A stretch of 61,661 bases of DNA, the filler included. It is 7 parts of 7 records of this genome, joined end to end, with 100 filler letters (N's around TTAATTAATTAA, not from the genome) between each part and the next. Parts side by side here need not be neighbours in the genome. Positions count along the whole stretch, not along the records: positions 1 to 11,837 come from SRR31156797_22015; 6 more parts are not named here. One strand, given 5' to 3'. The notes below the pieces were generated by a model. It did not search any database. It worked only from the letters and a program-made list of their open reading frames with translations, and was not told the DNA's origin. A program made the position numbers and the translations under genes. Each line of letters begins with the position of its first letter. Position 1 is the first letter of the stretch. Positions 1-8,537 of this stretch are shown one piece after another.

Positions 1-573
1 CCCCAGGAGAAACAGCATGCCGTGCTTGTGGAAGTCTTCGGCATGGGAGTCCTTATCAAGGGGGAGAGCGGCGTCGGCAAGAGCGAAACGGCGCTGGAGC
101 TTTTGGAACGGGGCCATCGCTTGATATCTGATGATTCGGTCCTGCTGAAGTGTTTCAGCGGAAAGATCATCATGGGCTTCAGCGACGATCGCGTACTCGG
201 TCATCATATGGAGATACGAGGATTGGGGATTATCAATGTTTCCCAGATTTTCGGTGTACGGGGGATCCGGGATAAGAAGCAGGTACAGATGGTTATCAAT
301 CTTGAAGAGTGGGACTCTTCGAAGAACTATGACCGACTGGGAACCGTTGACGAGACCACGGATATTCTCGGGGTTAAAATTCCGATCTTCGATATCCCCG
401 TGAAACCGGGGCGGAATATCCCGGTAATTATTGAGACAGCCGCCTTGAATGAACGACTGAAGCAGAAGGGGCACTACGCGGCCAAGGAATTTAATAAGAA
501 TCTGATACAGCAGCTGGAAAGTGAAACCGCCAGAAAGATGTATCAGGATAACTATTTGAACGCACAGGAATAA
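1..573 (+). CDS. hprK: HPr kinase/phosphorylase, C-terminal part (5'-truncated at window edge)
   Basis: Frame open from base 1; HAVLVEVFGMGVLIKGESGVGKSE Walker A, LISDD, HHMEIRGLGII and VKPGRN motifs; followed by HPr. Confidence 0.96.
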   Translation, partial: PQEKQHAVLVEVFGMGVLIKGESGVGKSETALELLERGHRLISDDSVLLKCFSGKIIMGFSDDRVLGHHMEIRGLGIINVSQIFGVRGIRDKKQVQMVINLEEWDSSKNYDRLGTVDETTDILGVKIPIFDIPVKPGRNIPVIIETAALNERLKQKGHYAAKEFNKNLIQQLESETARKMYQDNYLNAQE

Positions 574-576
574 TTG

Positions 577-843
577 ATGATTCAGAAGAATACAAAAGTT
601 AAAAACAGAGCGGGACTGCATGCCAGGCCGGCGGCGATGATTGTTCAGACGGCCTCGCAGTTTGAATCGATCATCATGATAGAAAAGGGTACGGAGAGGA
701 TTAACGCCAAGTCTATTATGGGAATCCTCACCATGGGAGCCGGCTACGATACCGAACTTGTTCTGAGTGCCGACGGTCCTGATGAGCAGGGGGCTCTGGA
801 TGCCATGTTCACTCTCTTTGAAAACCGTTTTGAGGAAGATTGA
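577..843 (+). CDS. ptsH: Phosphocarrier protein HPr
   Basis: GLHARPAA (His15) and NAKSIM (Ser46) motifs; 88 aa from ATG 577. Confidence 0.95.
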   Translation: MIQKNTKVKNRAGLHARPAAMIVQTASQFESIIMIEKGTERINAKSIMGILTMGAGYDTELVLSADGPDEQGALDAMFTLFENRFEED

Positions 844-1375
844 AGCTCTCAGCTATATTCTTTTCTTTCTGCTGACAGTTTCCCCCCGGGCTGCCGAGGC
901 GGCCCGTTCGTATTATGAAGAGGGGGAGGACGGAATCCTTCAGCTGCAGATTCAGCCCTCTTTCGTTTCCGAATCGCTTATCAGACACAACATAGAAGAA
1001 GGACACAGGTCCGAGCTTTTTTTCACCCTCCGCATCCGTATCAGCAGGGGAGGTTTTTTTTCCATGGGAGGAGAGTACCGTGAGATAAAGATTAGAAGGA
1101 CCGGTTTCCGGGACCGCATTACCGGTGATTATATCCTGTTGATGAACGACAGAGAGATCGCCGTCTTCCGAGACTGGGCCTCTTTCTTCAGGCTTTTTGC
1201 GGCTCCTTTCTCCTACGGGACGGGGATAGAGTGGGATGCAAGCACAAGTGTCAGGATGCGGGAGGCCCTTATATACAAGAAACTGGTCCCCCCTTTTAAC
1301 ATTCTTTACCTCCTGCCGGGCCGCTATATCAGACAGGGGCCCTGGGAGGATCTCAACATGAGAGGGGAATCATGA
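830..1375 (+). CDS. Exported protein upstream of NtrY-like kinase, probably DUF4390-like
   Basis: Likely TTG start at 830 gives a signal-peptide-like N-terminus (LSYILFFLLTVSPRAAEA); stop overlaps the kinase ATG; position matches DUF4390-ntrY-ntrX clusters; family call and start are inferred. Confidence 0.6.
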   Translation: MRKIEALSYILFFLLTVSPRAAEAARSYYEEGEDGILQLQIQPSFVSESLIRHNIEEGHRSELFFTLRIRISRGGFFSMGGEYREIKIRRTGFRDRITGDYILLMNDREIAVFRDWASFFRLFAAPFSYGTGIEWDASTSVRMREALIYKKLVPPFNILYLLPGRYIRQGPWEDLNMRGES

Positions 1376-3150
1376 ACTTCAGACGCCTGACCGAGTTCCT
1401 TCAGAACAGCGTTATCACGGTTATCCTTCTTTATTTGATGGTCATCGTGCTTATCCTCGTCTTCGCCTACAGCCTTCTGGGGGGGATGGATCAAAATACG
1501 ATAGGGGAGAGCGGCTTCCAGCTGGTACTGCTGATGGTCATTCCCCTTATTCTGATCGTCGCTCTGGTCTACAGCCTCGTTTATGTCTGGCGGAAGCTCA
1601 GGGCCCGCCACTCGCGCTACCGCTTCCGACTGAGGTTGATCTCCCTGATCTTTCTGATGATTGTCCTGATCTCCCTGCCCCAGACCATCCTTTCCCTCCG
1701 TTATGTGAATATGATCTATGACCGCTGGTTCGGTCAGGATGTGGAGCAGGCCCTGGACAGCGGTCTGGAGATCGCCCTTGAGTATTACTTTGACCTGAAC
1801 AAGAGCCTTGAAGAGATAGGCTCCAGCCCCTATTTCGATCTGACCGTCAGCAGGACTGAGCAGTCTCCCGAACAGGTGTGGAAAACCCTGAAGGCCCAGT
1901 ACCCTCCCTTGGAGGGGATGCAGATCCTCTCCCGGAGCGAGGAGTATGTATTCGGTGATCCCAGGCTGAGCTATCCCCGAAGCGAGGCCCTGAATATAGA
2001 GGAGGGCCTGATTCCCAAAAGGACTCTGGCCGAATTCAGTATCCTGGGCTTCCTCAAGAATTTTCAGATACGGGGAAAGCCCTATAAAGTCATCATCTAC
2101 AGGACCATTCCCAGGACTTTTGACGAGGATGCCAGAACGATTACCCGGGTATTGGAGAAGTTCAAGCAGTATTCCGATTACGAGGCCCTTTTCCGAATAG
2201 GGGTATTCCTCTTCTATGCGATCTTTCTCGTTCCCATGCTCTTCCTCGGTTTCGTCCTTGCCCTGGTGATCAGTCAGAGGCTGATGCGGCCTTTCCTGAA
2301 TCTGGAGGATGCTACCCTGCGGATCGCTCAGGGCGACTACGGTTACAGGCTCCTGAACAAGGAGAATGACGATTTCTCCTTTCTGACCGATTCCTTCAAT
2401 ACCATGGTCAAGGAACTTGAGGTTTCCAGGCAGGAGACCCTGCAGACCGAGAAGGTCTCGGCATGGCAGGACATCGCCCAGAGGCTGGCCCATGAGATTC
2501 GCAATCCGCTGACGCCCATACGCCTTTATGCCCAGAGGGTTCTGGCCCGACTGGGGGATGACGAGGTTCCCGAGGAGATTATCCGGAAGGGGATGGACCG
2601 CATCCTCAGGGAGGTGGATAATCTGAACAGCCTGCTGACCGAATTCAGGGACTTCGCCAGGCAGAGACCTCCCCAGCCGGAAGAGATCTCTCTCTCTGAA
2701 TTCCTGCATTCCATAATCGAGGTTATGGAGGAGTCGAATCCGGGAATCACATTCCATTGCGAGGATCTGCAGGGGGATCTGAAACTGCCGGCGGATCCGG
2801 GACAGCTGAGGCAGGTGTTTTCCAACCTTCTGTCCAACGCGGTACATGCTGTGGACGGAGAGGGCGTGATCATCCTGAGATCCGACCTTGTGAAAAAGGG
2901 TTATTCTGTTTACTGTAGGGTACAGCTATCCGATTCGGGTCCGGGAATCGCGGAAGAGAATCTGGAACGGGTTTTCAATCCCTATTTTACCACAAGAGAT
3001 GAGGGAACGGGTCTGGGACTCTCTATCGTGGAGAGGATTATCCATGACCATAAGGGAAGGATCTGGGTAGAATCGTCCCCTGGAGAGGGCGCGACCTTCT
3101 ACATTGATCTGCCCTATGAGGAGTCCTATGGAAAAGATACTGATCATTGA
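1372..3150 (+). CDS. NtrY-like membrane sensor histidine kinase (TM, HAMP, HisKA, HATPase)
   Basis: AWQDIAQRLAHEIRNPLTPI H-box, QVFSNLLSNA N-box, DSGPG, FNPYFTT, GTGLGL; several N-terminal TM segments. Confidence 0.93.
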   Translation: MNFRRLTEFLQNSVITVILLYLMVIVLILVFAYSLLGGMDQNTIGESGFQLVLLMVIPLILIVALVYSLVYVWRKLRARHSRYRFRLRLISLIFLMIVLISLPQTILSLRYVNMIYDRWFGQDVEQALDSGLEIALEYYFDLNKSLEEIGSSPYFDLTVSRTEQSPEQVWKTLKAQYPPLEGMQILSRSEEYVFGDPRLSYPRSEALNIEEGLIPKRTLAEFSILGFLKNFQIRGKPYKVIIYRTIPRTFDEDARTITRVLEKFKQYSDYEALFRIGVFLFYAIFLVPMLFLGFVLALVISQRLMRPFLNLEDATLRIAQGDYGYRLLNKENDDFSFLTDSFNTMVKELEVSRQETLQTEKVSAWQDIAQRLAHEIRNPLTPIRLYAQRVLARLGDDEVPEEIIRKGMDRILREVDNLNSLLTEFRDFARQRPPQPEEISLSEFLHSIIEVMEESNPGITFHCEDLQGDLKLPADPGQLRQVFSNLLSNAVHAVDGEGVIILRSDLVKKGYSVYCRVQLSDSGPGIAEENLERVFNPYFTTRDEGTGLGLSIVERIIHDHKGRIWVESSPGEGATFYIDLPYEESYGKDTDH

Positions 3151-4489
3151 TGACGAAGCCTCCGTACGGGAGGTATTGAAGGATATCCTGTCTGACGAGG
3201 GCTATGAGGTTCTCGAGGCTCCCGACGGAGTGGAAGGCCTCAGGATGATGAAGACCGAGCCGGTAGACCTTGTCTTCCTCGACATCTGGCTGCCCCGCAT
3301 GGGCGGCATCGATGTGCTCAAGCTTATCAGGGAGGAGTATCCCGTGGTTTCCACTATCATTATCTCAGGGCATGCCAATGTGGACCTTGCGGTGAAAGCC
3401 ATAAAGATAGGGGCATTTGACTTCCTGGAGAAACCCCTTGATATGACGCGCGTGCAAACCCTGACCCGCAACGCCCTGGAGCTGGAAAAGCTTCGCAAGG
3501 AAAACCGCTCCCTGAAGACCATCACCGTGTCCGACGACCGCATGGTGGGGGAGAGCCCCGGGATCCAGCAGATTCGGGATATCATCAGGCAGAGCGCCGA
3601 TTCGGAGGCCCGGGTCCTTATCCTGGGAGAGAACGGCACCGGAAAAGAACTGGTTGCCAGAGCACTCCATAACAACAGCTCCAGAAGGAACGCCCCCTTT
3701 GTGGAGGTTAACTGCGCCGCCATTCCTGAAAACCTGATCGAAAGCGAGCTGTTCGGCCATGAACGCGGCGCCTTTACGGGAGCCGCCCGCCAGAAAAAGG
3801 GAAAGTTCGAGCAGGCCGACGGAGGAACGCTTTTTCTGGACGAGGTTGCCGATATGTCCCTCAGCGCTCAGGCCAAGGTTCTGAGGGCCGTTCAGGAGAT
3901 GAAGTTCGACAGGATCGGAGGGACCGAGCCCATTTCCGTGGATGTCCGGGTGATCTCGGCCACGAATAAGAACATACAGAGAGAGATAGAAGCGGGTAGG
4001 TTCAGGGAGGACCTCTATTTCAGACTGAACGTCGTTCCCATCCATGTGCCTTCCCTGAACGAGAGGATAGAGGACCTGCCCTTGCTTGTGGAGCATTTCA
4101 TGCGGATCTTCTCCAGTTCCGCTGACAAGATCCGGACCATATGCAGCGACGGGCTGGCGGAAATGGCCAGATATCCCTGGAGCGGGAATATACGGGAATT
4201 GAAAAATTTCGTGGAAAGAATTAATATCATGTCAGAAGGGGATGAAATATCCCTTGAAACGGTTATTGAATTTCTCGGAGAACAGAAGGTCGTCCGTAAA
4301 TCTTCCCTTCTCGAGAAATTCGGCGGAATGAAGCTGGGTGAAGCCCGGGATGAGTTTGAGCGGATTCTGTTGCAGGATCGTCTGGAAGATCATGGTTTCA
4401 ATGTCTCCAGGACGGCGCAGAATCTGGGAATCTATCCTAGTAATCTTCACAGCAAGATTAAGAAATACGGTCTGGAAAAAAAGAAATGA
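3128..4489 (+). CDS. NtrX/NtrC-family sigma54-dependent response regulator
   Basis: REC domain (ILIIDDE, FLDIWLP), GENGTGKE Walker A, intact GAFTGA, FLDEV, C-terminal Fis-type HTH; GAGGAG RBS before ATG 3128. Confidence 0.94.
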   Translation: MEKILIIDDEASVREVLKDILSDEGYEVLEAPDGVEGLRMMKTEPVDLVFLDIWLPRMGGIDVLKLIREEYPVVSTIIISGHANVDLAVKAIKIGAFDFLEKPLDMTRVQTLTRNALELEKLRKENRSLKTITVSDDRMVGESPGIQQIRDIIRQSADSEARVLILGENGTGKELVARALHNNSSRRNAPFVEVNCAAIPENLIESELFGHERGAFTGAARQKKGKFEQADGGTLFLDEVADMSLSAQAKVLRAVQEMKFDRIGGTEPISVDVRVISATNKNIQREIEAGRFREDLYFRLNVVPIHVPSLNERIEDLPLLVEHFMRIFSSSADKIRTICSDGLAEMARYPWSGNIRELKNFVERINIMSEGDEISLETVIEFLGEQKVVRKSSLLEKFGGMKLGEARDEFERILLQDRLEDHGFNVSRTAQNLGIYPSNLHSKIKKYGLEKKK

Positions 4490-5088
4490 AAGCTTTGACA
4501 AAACGACAGGGGGAGATCCTGGATTTTATCCGCTCCTACATACAGGATAATCAGTATCCGCCCTCCATCCGGGAGATAGGCCGTTACTTCAGCATCTCCG
4601 TCAAAGGGGCCTACGATCATGTGAAGGCCCTGGAAAAGAAAGAGGTTATCAGCGTCAGCCACAACAAGTCCAGAGCCATCACCCTCGTACCCGAAGAGGA
4701 TGGCGCCGAAGAGACGAGAAAGATCCCCATACTCGGGCATGTGGCCGCCGGTCTTCCCCTTTTTGCCGAGGAAAACCATGACGGTTCCATCACCCTGCCG
4801 GGAGATCTAATCCGCCAGGGGAATCTGTTCGCTCTGAGGGTTCAGGGGGAGAGTATGACAGGCGCCGGCATCTTCGACGGAGACCTGGCTGTTTTTCTGC
4901 ATCAACCTCTTGCGGAGAACGGGGAGATCGTAGTGGCCATGGTGGATGACGCGGTTACGCTGAAGCGCTTTTTCCGCGAGAAGAACCGTATCCGCCTCCA
5001 GGCCGAGAATCCCGCATTTCCCGCTATCTTCACCCAGGATGTGAAAATCCTGGGAAAACTCATAACCATTATCAGGCAATATGGCTGA
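4486..5088 (+). CDS. lexA: SOS repressor LexA
   Basis: LTKRQ..ILDFI..PPSIREI winged helix, VAAG cleavage site, GESM (Ser) and TLKRF (Lys) dyad. Confidence 0.95.
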   Translation: MKALTKRQGEILDFIRSYIQDNQYPPSIREIGRYFSISVKGAYDHVKALEKKEVISVSHNKSRAITLVPEEDGAEETRKIPILGHVAAGLPLFAEENHDGSITLPGDLIRQGNLFALRVQGESMTGAGIFDGDLAVFLHQPLAENGEIVVAMVDDAVTLKRFFREKNRIRLQAENPAFPAIFTQDVKILGKLITIIRQYG

Positions 5089-6052
5089 GAAACAGCTTCA
5101 CATGCTCCTGGGTCCCGAGAAGGGACAGAAAGACCAGTACCTCGGGAACCTCAGGAAATCCCTTAAAAAGCGCTACGGTGAGGATCCCGAGTATCATCGA
5201 TTCTATCCCTTCGATACAGAAACCTCCCAGATCCTCTCCATACTCCGGAACGGTTCCCTCTTCTCCGCCTCCAAACTGGCGGTTGTGCTGAACAGCGAAG
5301 AGCTTAAGAAGGCGGCCGATATCAAGATGCTGGCCGAGTTCTGCAAGAACATGCCCGACGACGTCACCCTGGTTTTCATCAGCGATTCGGTTTCCGTCGA
5401 CAAGCGCCTGAGCGCCCTGGTCCCCTCTCCCCAGAGGAAGATCTTCTGGGAGATGTTTGATAACCAGAAGAAGGGCTGGGTGCAGAAGTACTTCTCCGAT
5501 CAGGGCCTGAAGATTGAAGCCAAGGCCGTGAATATGCTGCTGGAAATGGTGGAGAACAACACCGCCGATATGAAGGAGGCCTGTCAGAAGCTCTCTTTCT
5601 ATTTCAGCATAGGCGATGTTATCCGGGAAGAGGACATCGACAACTTCGTCTATCACAGCAAGGAAGAAAACGTGTTCACCCTCTTCGAAAAGATGCTGCT
5701 CAAGGACCTCTCCGGAGCCCTGGAGGTATTTTCGAAGATCACCCTGTCAGGTGATACCGATCTGATCTATCTGCTGTCGGGCCTTATGCGTCAGGTCCGC
5801 CGGCTATTGAAGGTGAAGACCGCCATCGCCGAGGGCGAGACCATTCAGACCGCTTTTCAGGCCTATGACGTCAGGGGGAAAAAGAACCAGAAGGTGACAG
5901 GCGACGGACTGAGGAAATTCGGGCTCAAGGAGCTGGAACTGCTTCAAAGACGTACGGAAGATCTCGACCGTTCCATGCGCGATCTGAAGAAGGAGATGCA
6001 GGTCATCTCCTTCCAGCTCTTCCTGGTTCGCGCGTTGAAAGGGGTTGACTGA
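5081..6052 (+). CDS. holA: DNA polymerase III delta subunit
   Basis: LLGPE N-terminus, SLF motif, 323 aa, ENVFTL collar-region motif; lexA-holA order typical of spirochaetes. Confidence 0.85.
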   Translation: MAEKQLHMLLGPEKGQKDQYLGNLRKSLKKRYGEDPEYHRFYPFDTETSQILSILRNGSLFSASKLAVVLNSEELKKAADIKMLAEFCKNMPDDVTLVFISDSVSVDKRLSALVPSPQRKIFWEMFDNQKKGWVQKYFSDQGLKIEAKAVNMLLEMVENNTADMKEACQKLSFYFSIGDVIREEDIDNFVYHSKEENVFTLFEKMLLKDLSGALEVFSKITLSGDTDLIYLLSGLMRQVRRLLKVKTAIAEGETIQTAFQAYDVRGKKNQKVTGDGLRKFGLKELELLQRRTEDLDRSMRDLKKEMQVISFQLFLVRALKGVD

Positions 6053-6157
6053 CCTTTTGTTTTTTTTGAAACAGCCGGCATTCCTTCTAGGCAGGTTAAC
6101 TATATATACATATAATTTGACTGTTTTCTTCCGTTAGAAAACGGTTAGAAGTAAAAA

Positions 6158-7669
6158 ATGTTTAAATCAATATTCAGGCCTCTGGCCATAGCCGTACATA
6201 TTCTGGCAATGATCCTCCTCCTCTCCCTGGTGCAGCATTCCCCTTCAGAACAGTCGCACTCTGTACTTGAGGTCCTGCTGGTTCTGATCATCGCCCTGCC
6301 CTCTCTGGGCTTTATGCTGAACAGGCCTTCCGGCGACGAGGAGAGGCTGATCGAGAAGATCTATTTCGATAACCGGACGGGTCTCCCCAACCGGGAAAAG
6401 CTGCGCCTGGACGCCATACAGCATGATTCGATTCTCTTCCTTCTCAATATCGACTCCTTCAAGGAGGTGAACGATCTCTACGGCAATCCCATGGGGGATG
6501 AGGTTATCCAGTCCCTGTCCCGTCGTCTTCAGGAGATCCTTCACGGCAATTATTCCCGCCTCTTTGAGGGGGGGGAGCTCTATAAGCTGGAGATCGACGA
6601 GTTTGCCTTCCTGTTTAATTTCGAGATGGAAGATTCCAGGGTTCGTCGTACGGCGGAGGTCATACTGGCGCATGTGAACGATCATCCCTTCCTTGTGGAG
6701 GATACGGAGATCACCATTACCATAACCCTGGGTGTCGCCAGCATGTCCAAGGAGTTCTTTCCTCTTCAGCCGGCCGCGAGAACCCCCGGCATCCTCGCCC
6801 AGGCCGATATGGCGATGAAAAGGGCCAAGGAAAGGAGACTTCCTTTTCTGGTGTACACCCACACCATGAACATCCCCCTTGAGTACGAGGAAAATATCCG
6901 CTGGACCCACCAGGTGAAGCAGTCAATTCGAAACGATCAGGTCGTTCCCTTCTATCAGCCCATATTCAATAATGCAAGCGGTGAGGTTGAAAAGTTCGAA
7001 TGCCTGATGAGGATCGTGGATGATGATGAGAACATTATCTATCCCGAGCAGTTTCTGAAGATTTCAAAGCGTTCCAGGCAGTATCCCATGCTAACCAGGA
7101 TTATGCTGCGAAAGATTATCCGGGAGATGAAAACGACCGATTTCTCCTATACCTTCAACATCTCCGTGGAGGATATGCAGAACCGCGGAACCGTAGGATT
7201 TATCCGTACCATATTGGGCGGACATCCCGAAGAGGCGAAGCGCATCACCTTTGAGATTCTGGAGAGTGAGAACATAGAGGGGGTGCCAGAGGTCTCGGAG
7301 TTCGTAAGGATGGTTAAGGAGTTCGGGTCGTCCATCGCCCTGGATGATTTCGGAACGGGTTATTCAAACTTCAGTTATATCTTGAGCCTGGATGTGGATT
7401 ACATCAAGATAGACGCCTCCATCATCAGGAACCTGGACAGGGATGAGAACGCCGTGGCCATAGCGGAGACGATCACCGGATTCGCGAAGAGGACCGGCAA
7501 AAAGACCATCGCCGAGTTCGTTCATTCCGAGGCTGTTCACGGTCTTGTCAAAGAGATGGGAGTGGATTACTCCCAAGGCTTTTATCTTGGCAGACCGGGG
7601 AGCAGCTCAGTCAGGCTTGCTGAGCTGAACGCCGGGGAACGGGACGGGCTCCCGTCCGAATTAGGATAA
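6158..7669 (+). CDS. Membrane-anchored degenerate-GGDEF/EAL protein, probable c-di-GMP phosphodiesterase
   Basis: Two N-terminal TM helices; TGLPNR and IDSFKEVND.YG..GD; signature replaced by EIDEF; EAL domain with ECLMR, DDFGTGYS, IKID, AEFV. Confidence 0.9.
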   Translation: MFKSIFRPLAIAVHILAMILLLSLVQHSPSEQSHSVLEVLLVLIIALPSLGFMLNRPSGDEERLIEKIYFDNRTGLPNREKLRLDAIQHDSILFLLNIDSFKEVNDLYGNPMGDEVIQSLSRRLQEILHGNYSRLFEGGELYKLEIDEFAFLFNFEMEDSRVRRTAEVILAHVNDHPFLVEDTEITITITLGVASMSKEFFPLQPAARTPGILAQADMAMKRAKERRLPFLVYTHTMNIPLEYEENIRWTHQVKQSIRNDQVVPFYQPIFNNASGEVEKFECLMRIVDDDENIIYPEQFLKISKRSRQYPMLTRIMLRKIIREMKTTDFSYTFNISVEDMQNRGTVGFIRTILGGHPEEAKRITFEILESENIEGVPEVSEFVRMVKEFGSSIALDDFGTGYSNFSYILSLDVDYIKIDASIIRNLDRDENAVAIAETITGFAKRTGKKTIAEFVHSEAVHGLVKEMGVDYSQGFYLGRPGSSSVRLAELNAGERDGLPSELG

Positions 7670-8290
7670 AGCTCCGTCCTCAGCGCCCTCTGGGGCTTGA
7701 TCGTTCCTGCCCAGGCCTATCAGGTAGTATTCCATGGACTCCTTCCTTACGGCCTTTGGCTTCAGTTTTTTTACCTGTTTGAACTCCCCCTTCATTCGAT
7801 CGAGGATTTCCGTCTCGTCCCCTCCCTGAAAGACCTTTATCGTGAAGTTTCCTCCCGGTTTGAGCCAGATCAGGGCGAAGTTCAGTATCTGCTCCACCAG
7901 ATTGTAGGAGCGGCGCGTATCCATAAGGCGATTTCCTGTGGTAGAGGGGGCGGCGTCGCTGATTATCACATCGAATGGGCCCAGAGCCGAAAGCTCGTCC
8001 CTCACATCCTCGGAGAAAACGTCTCCCTGGATGAAGTGGAGCTCTCCCCTGGCCTTGAATTTGCCCAGGGGCTTCAGGTCCGCCCCGACCACCACTCCCT
8101 TTCCCTTGAGAAGGCGAAGGCAGTACTGGGTCCAGCTGCCCGGCGAGGCGCCCACGTCGAGCACCCTGTCGCCCGGCTTGATCAGTTTGCTCTTGTTCTG
8201 GATCTCCTCCAGCTTATAGACGGAGCGGGCCATATAGCCCTCTTTTTTTGCCTTCTGTGTGTAGAAATCGGGACGGCTCCTGTTGGACAT
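7661..8290 (-). CDS. rlmE: 23S rRNA Um2552 methyltransferase RlmE/FtsJ
   Basis: ARSVYKLEEI, VLDVGASPGSW, SDAAP, K-D-K-E catalytic pattern; AAGGAG RBS before ATG 8290. Confidence 0.93.
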   Translation of the reverse strand: MSNRSRPDFYTQKAKKEGYMARSVYKLEEIQNKSKLIKPGDRVLDVGASPGSWTQYCLRLLKGKGVVVGADLKPLGKFKARGELHFIQGDVFSEDVRDELSALGPFDVIISDAAPSTTGNRLMDTRRSYNLVEQILNFALIWLKPGGNFTIKVFQGGDETEILDRMKGEFKQVKKLKPKAVRKESMEYYLIGLGRNDQAPEGAEDGALS

Positions 8291-8311
8291 AGGGGGAACT
8301 CCTTCTATAAT
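8283..8311 (+). promoter_or_regulatory. sigma70-type promoter (TTGGAC-17 bp-TATAAT)
   Basis: Perfect -10 TATAAT at 8306-8311, -35-like TTGGAC at 8283-8288, 17-bp spacer; predicted start falls at the 5' end of the structured element. Confidence 0.6.
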
Positions 8312-8315
8312 ATTC

Positions 8316-8512
8316 ATAAAAAACGGCACTTTTCTTCATGCTCTGCGTTACCGCAATGCCTGGTCGCAAGCTGGCGCTTGTTGATTCGGGATCGTTCTCG
8401 GGTCGAAGCCCTGGGGTACGAATCTGCTTTCGGTCATGCGAACCGGTGTCATTTACTATCGTAAATTCAGCTTTCGGTGGTCCAGTCATGAAGGAAATCC
8501 CCCGTTTTTTAT
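8316..8512 (+). ncRNA. Candidate structured non-coding RNA (~195 nt), family unassigned; 6S-like size
   Basis: Ends pair (8316-8326 with 8502-8512; 8330-8340 with 8487-8497); nested internal stems; G-U wobbles favour the + strand; promoter upstream and U6 tract at the 3' end. Confidence 0.6.
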
Positions 8513-8537
8513 ATCAAGCAACCCGGGGAGTGGAATT

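Noticed and set aside
1324-2847. 507-aa antisense ORF, and similar ones at 3365-4096, 7697-8464, 8514-9533 and 10091-10855
   Set aside because: Shadow frames of well-supported genes in GC-rich DNA; no recognisable motifs.
8436-8537. N-terminal extension of the prenyl synthase given by the ORF track
   Set aside because: RBS and family-like sequence begin at ATG 8538; the extension overlaps the structured element.
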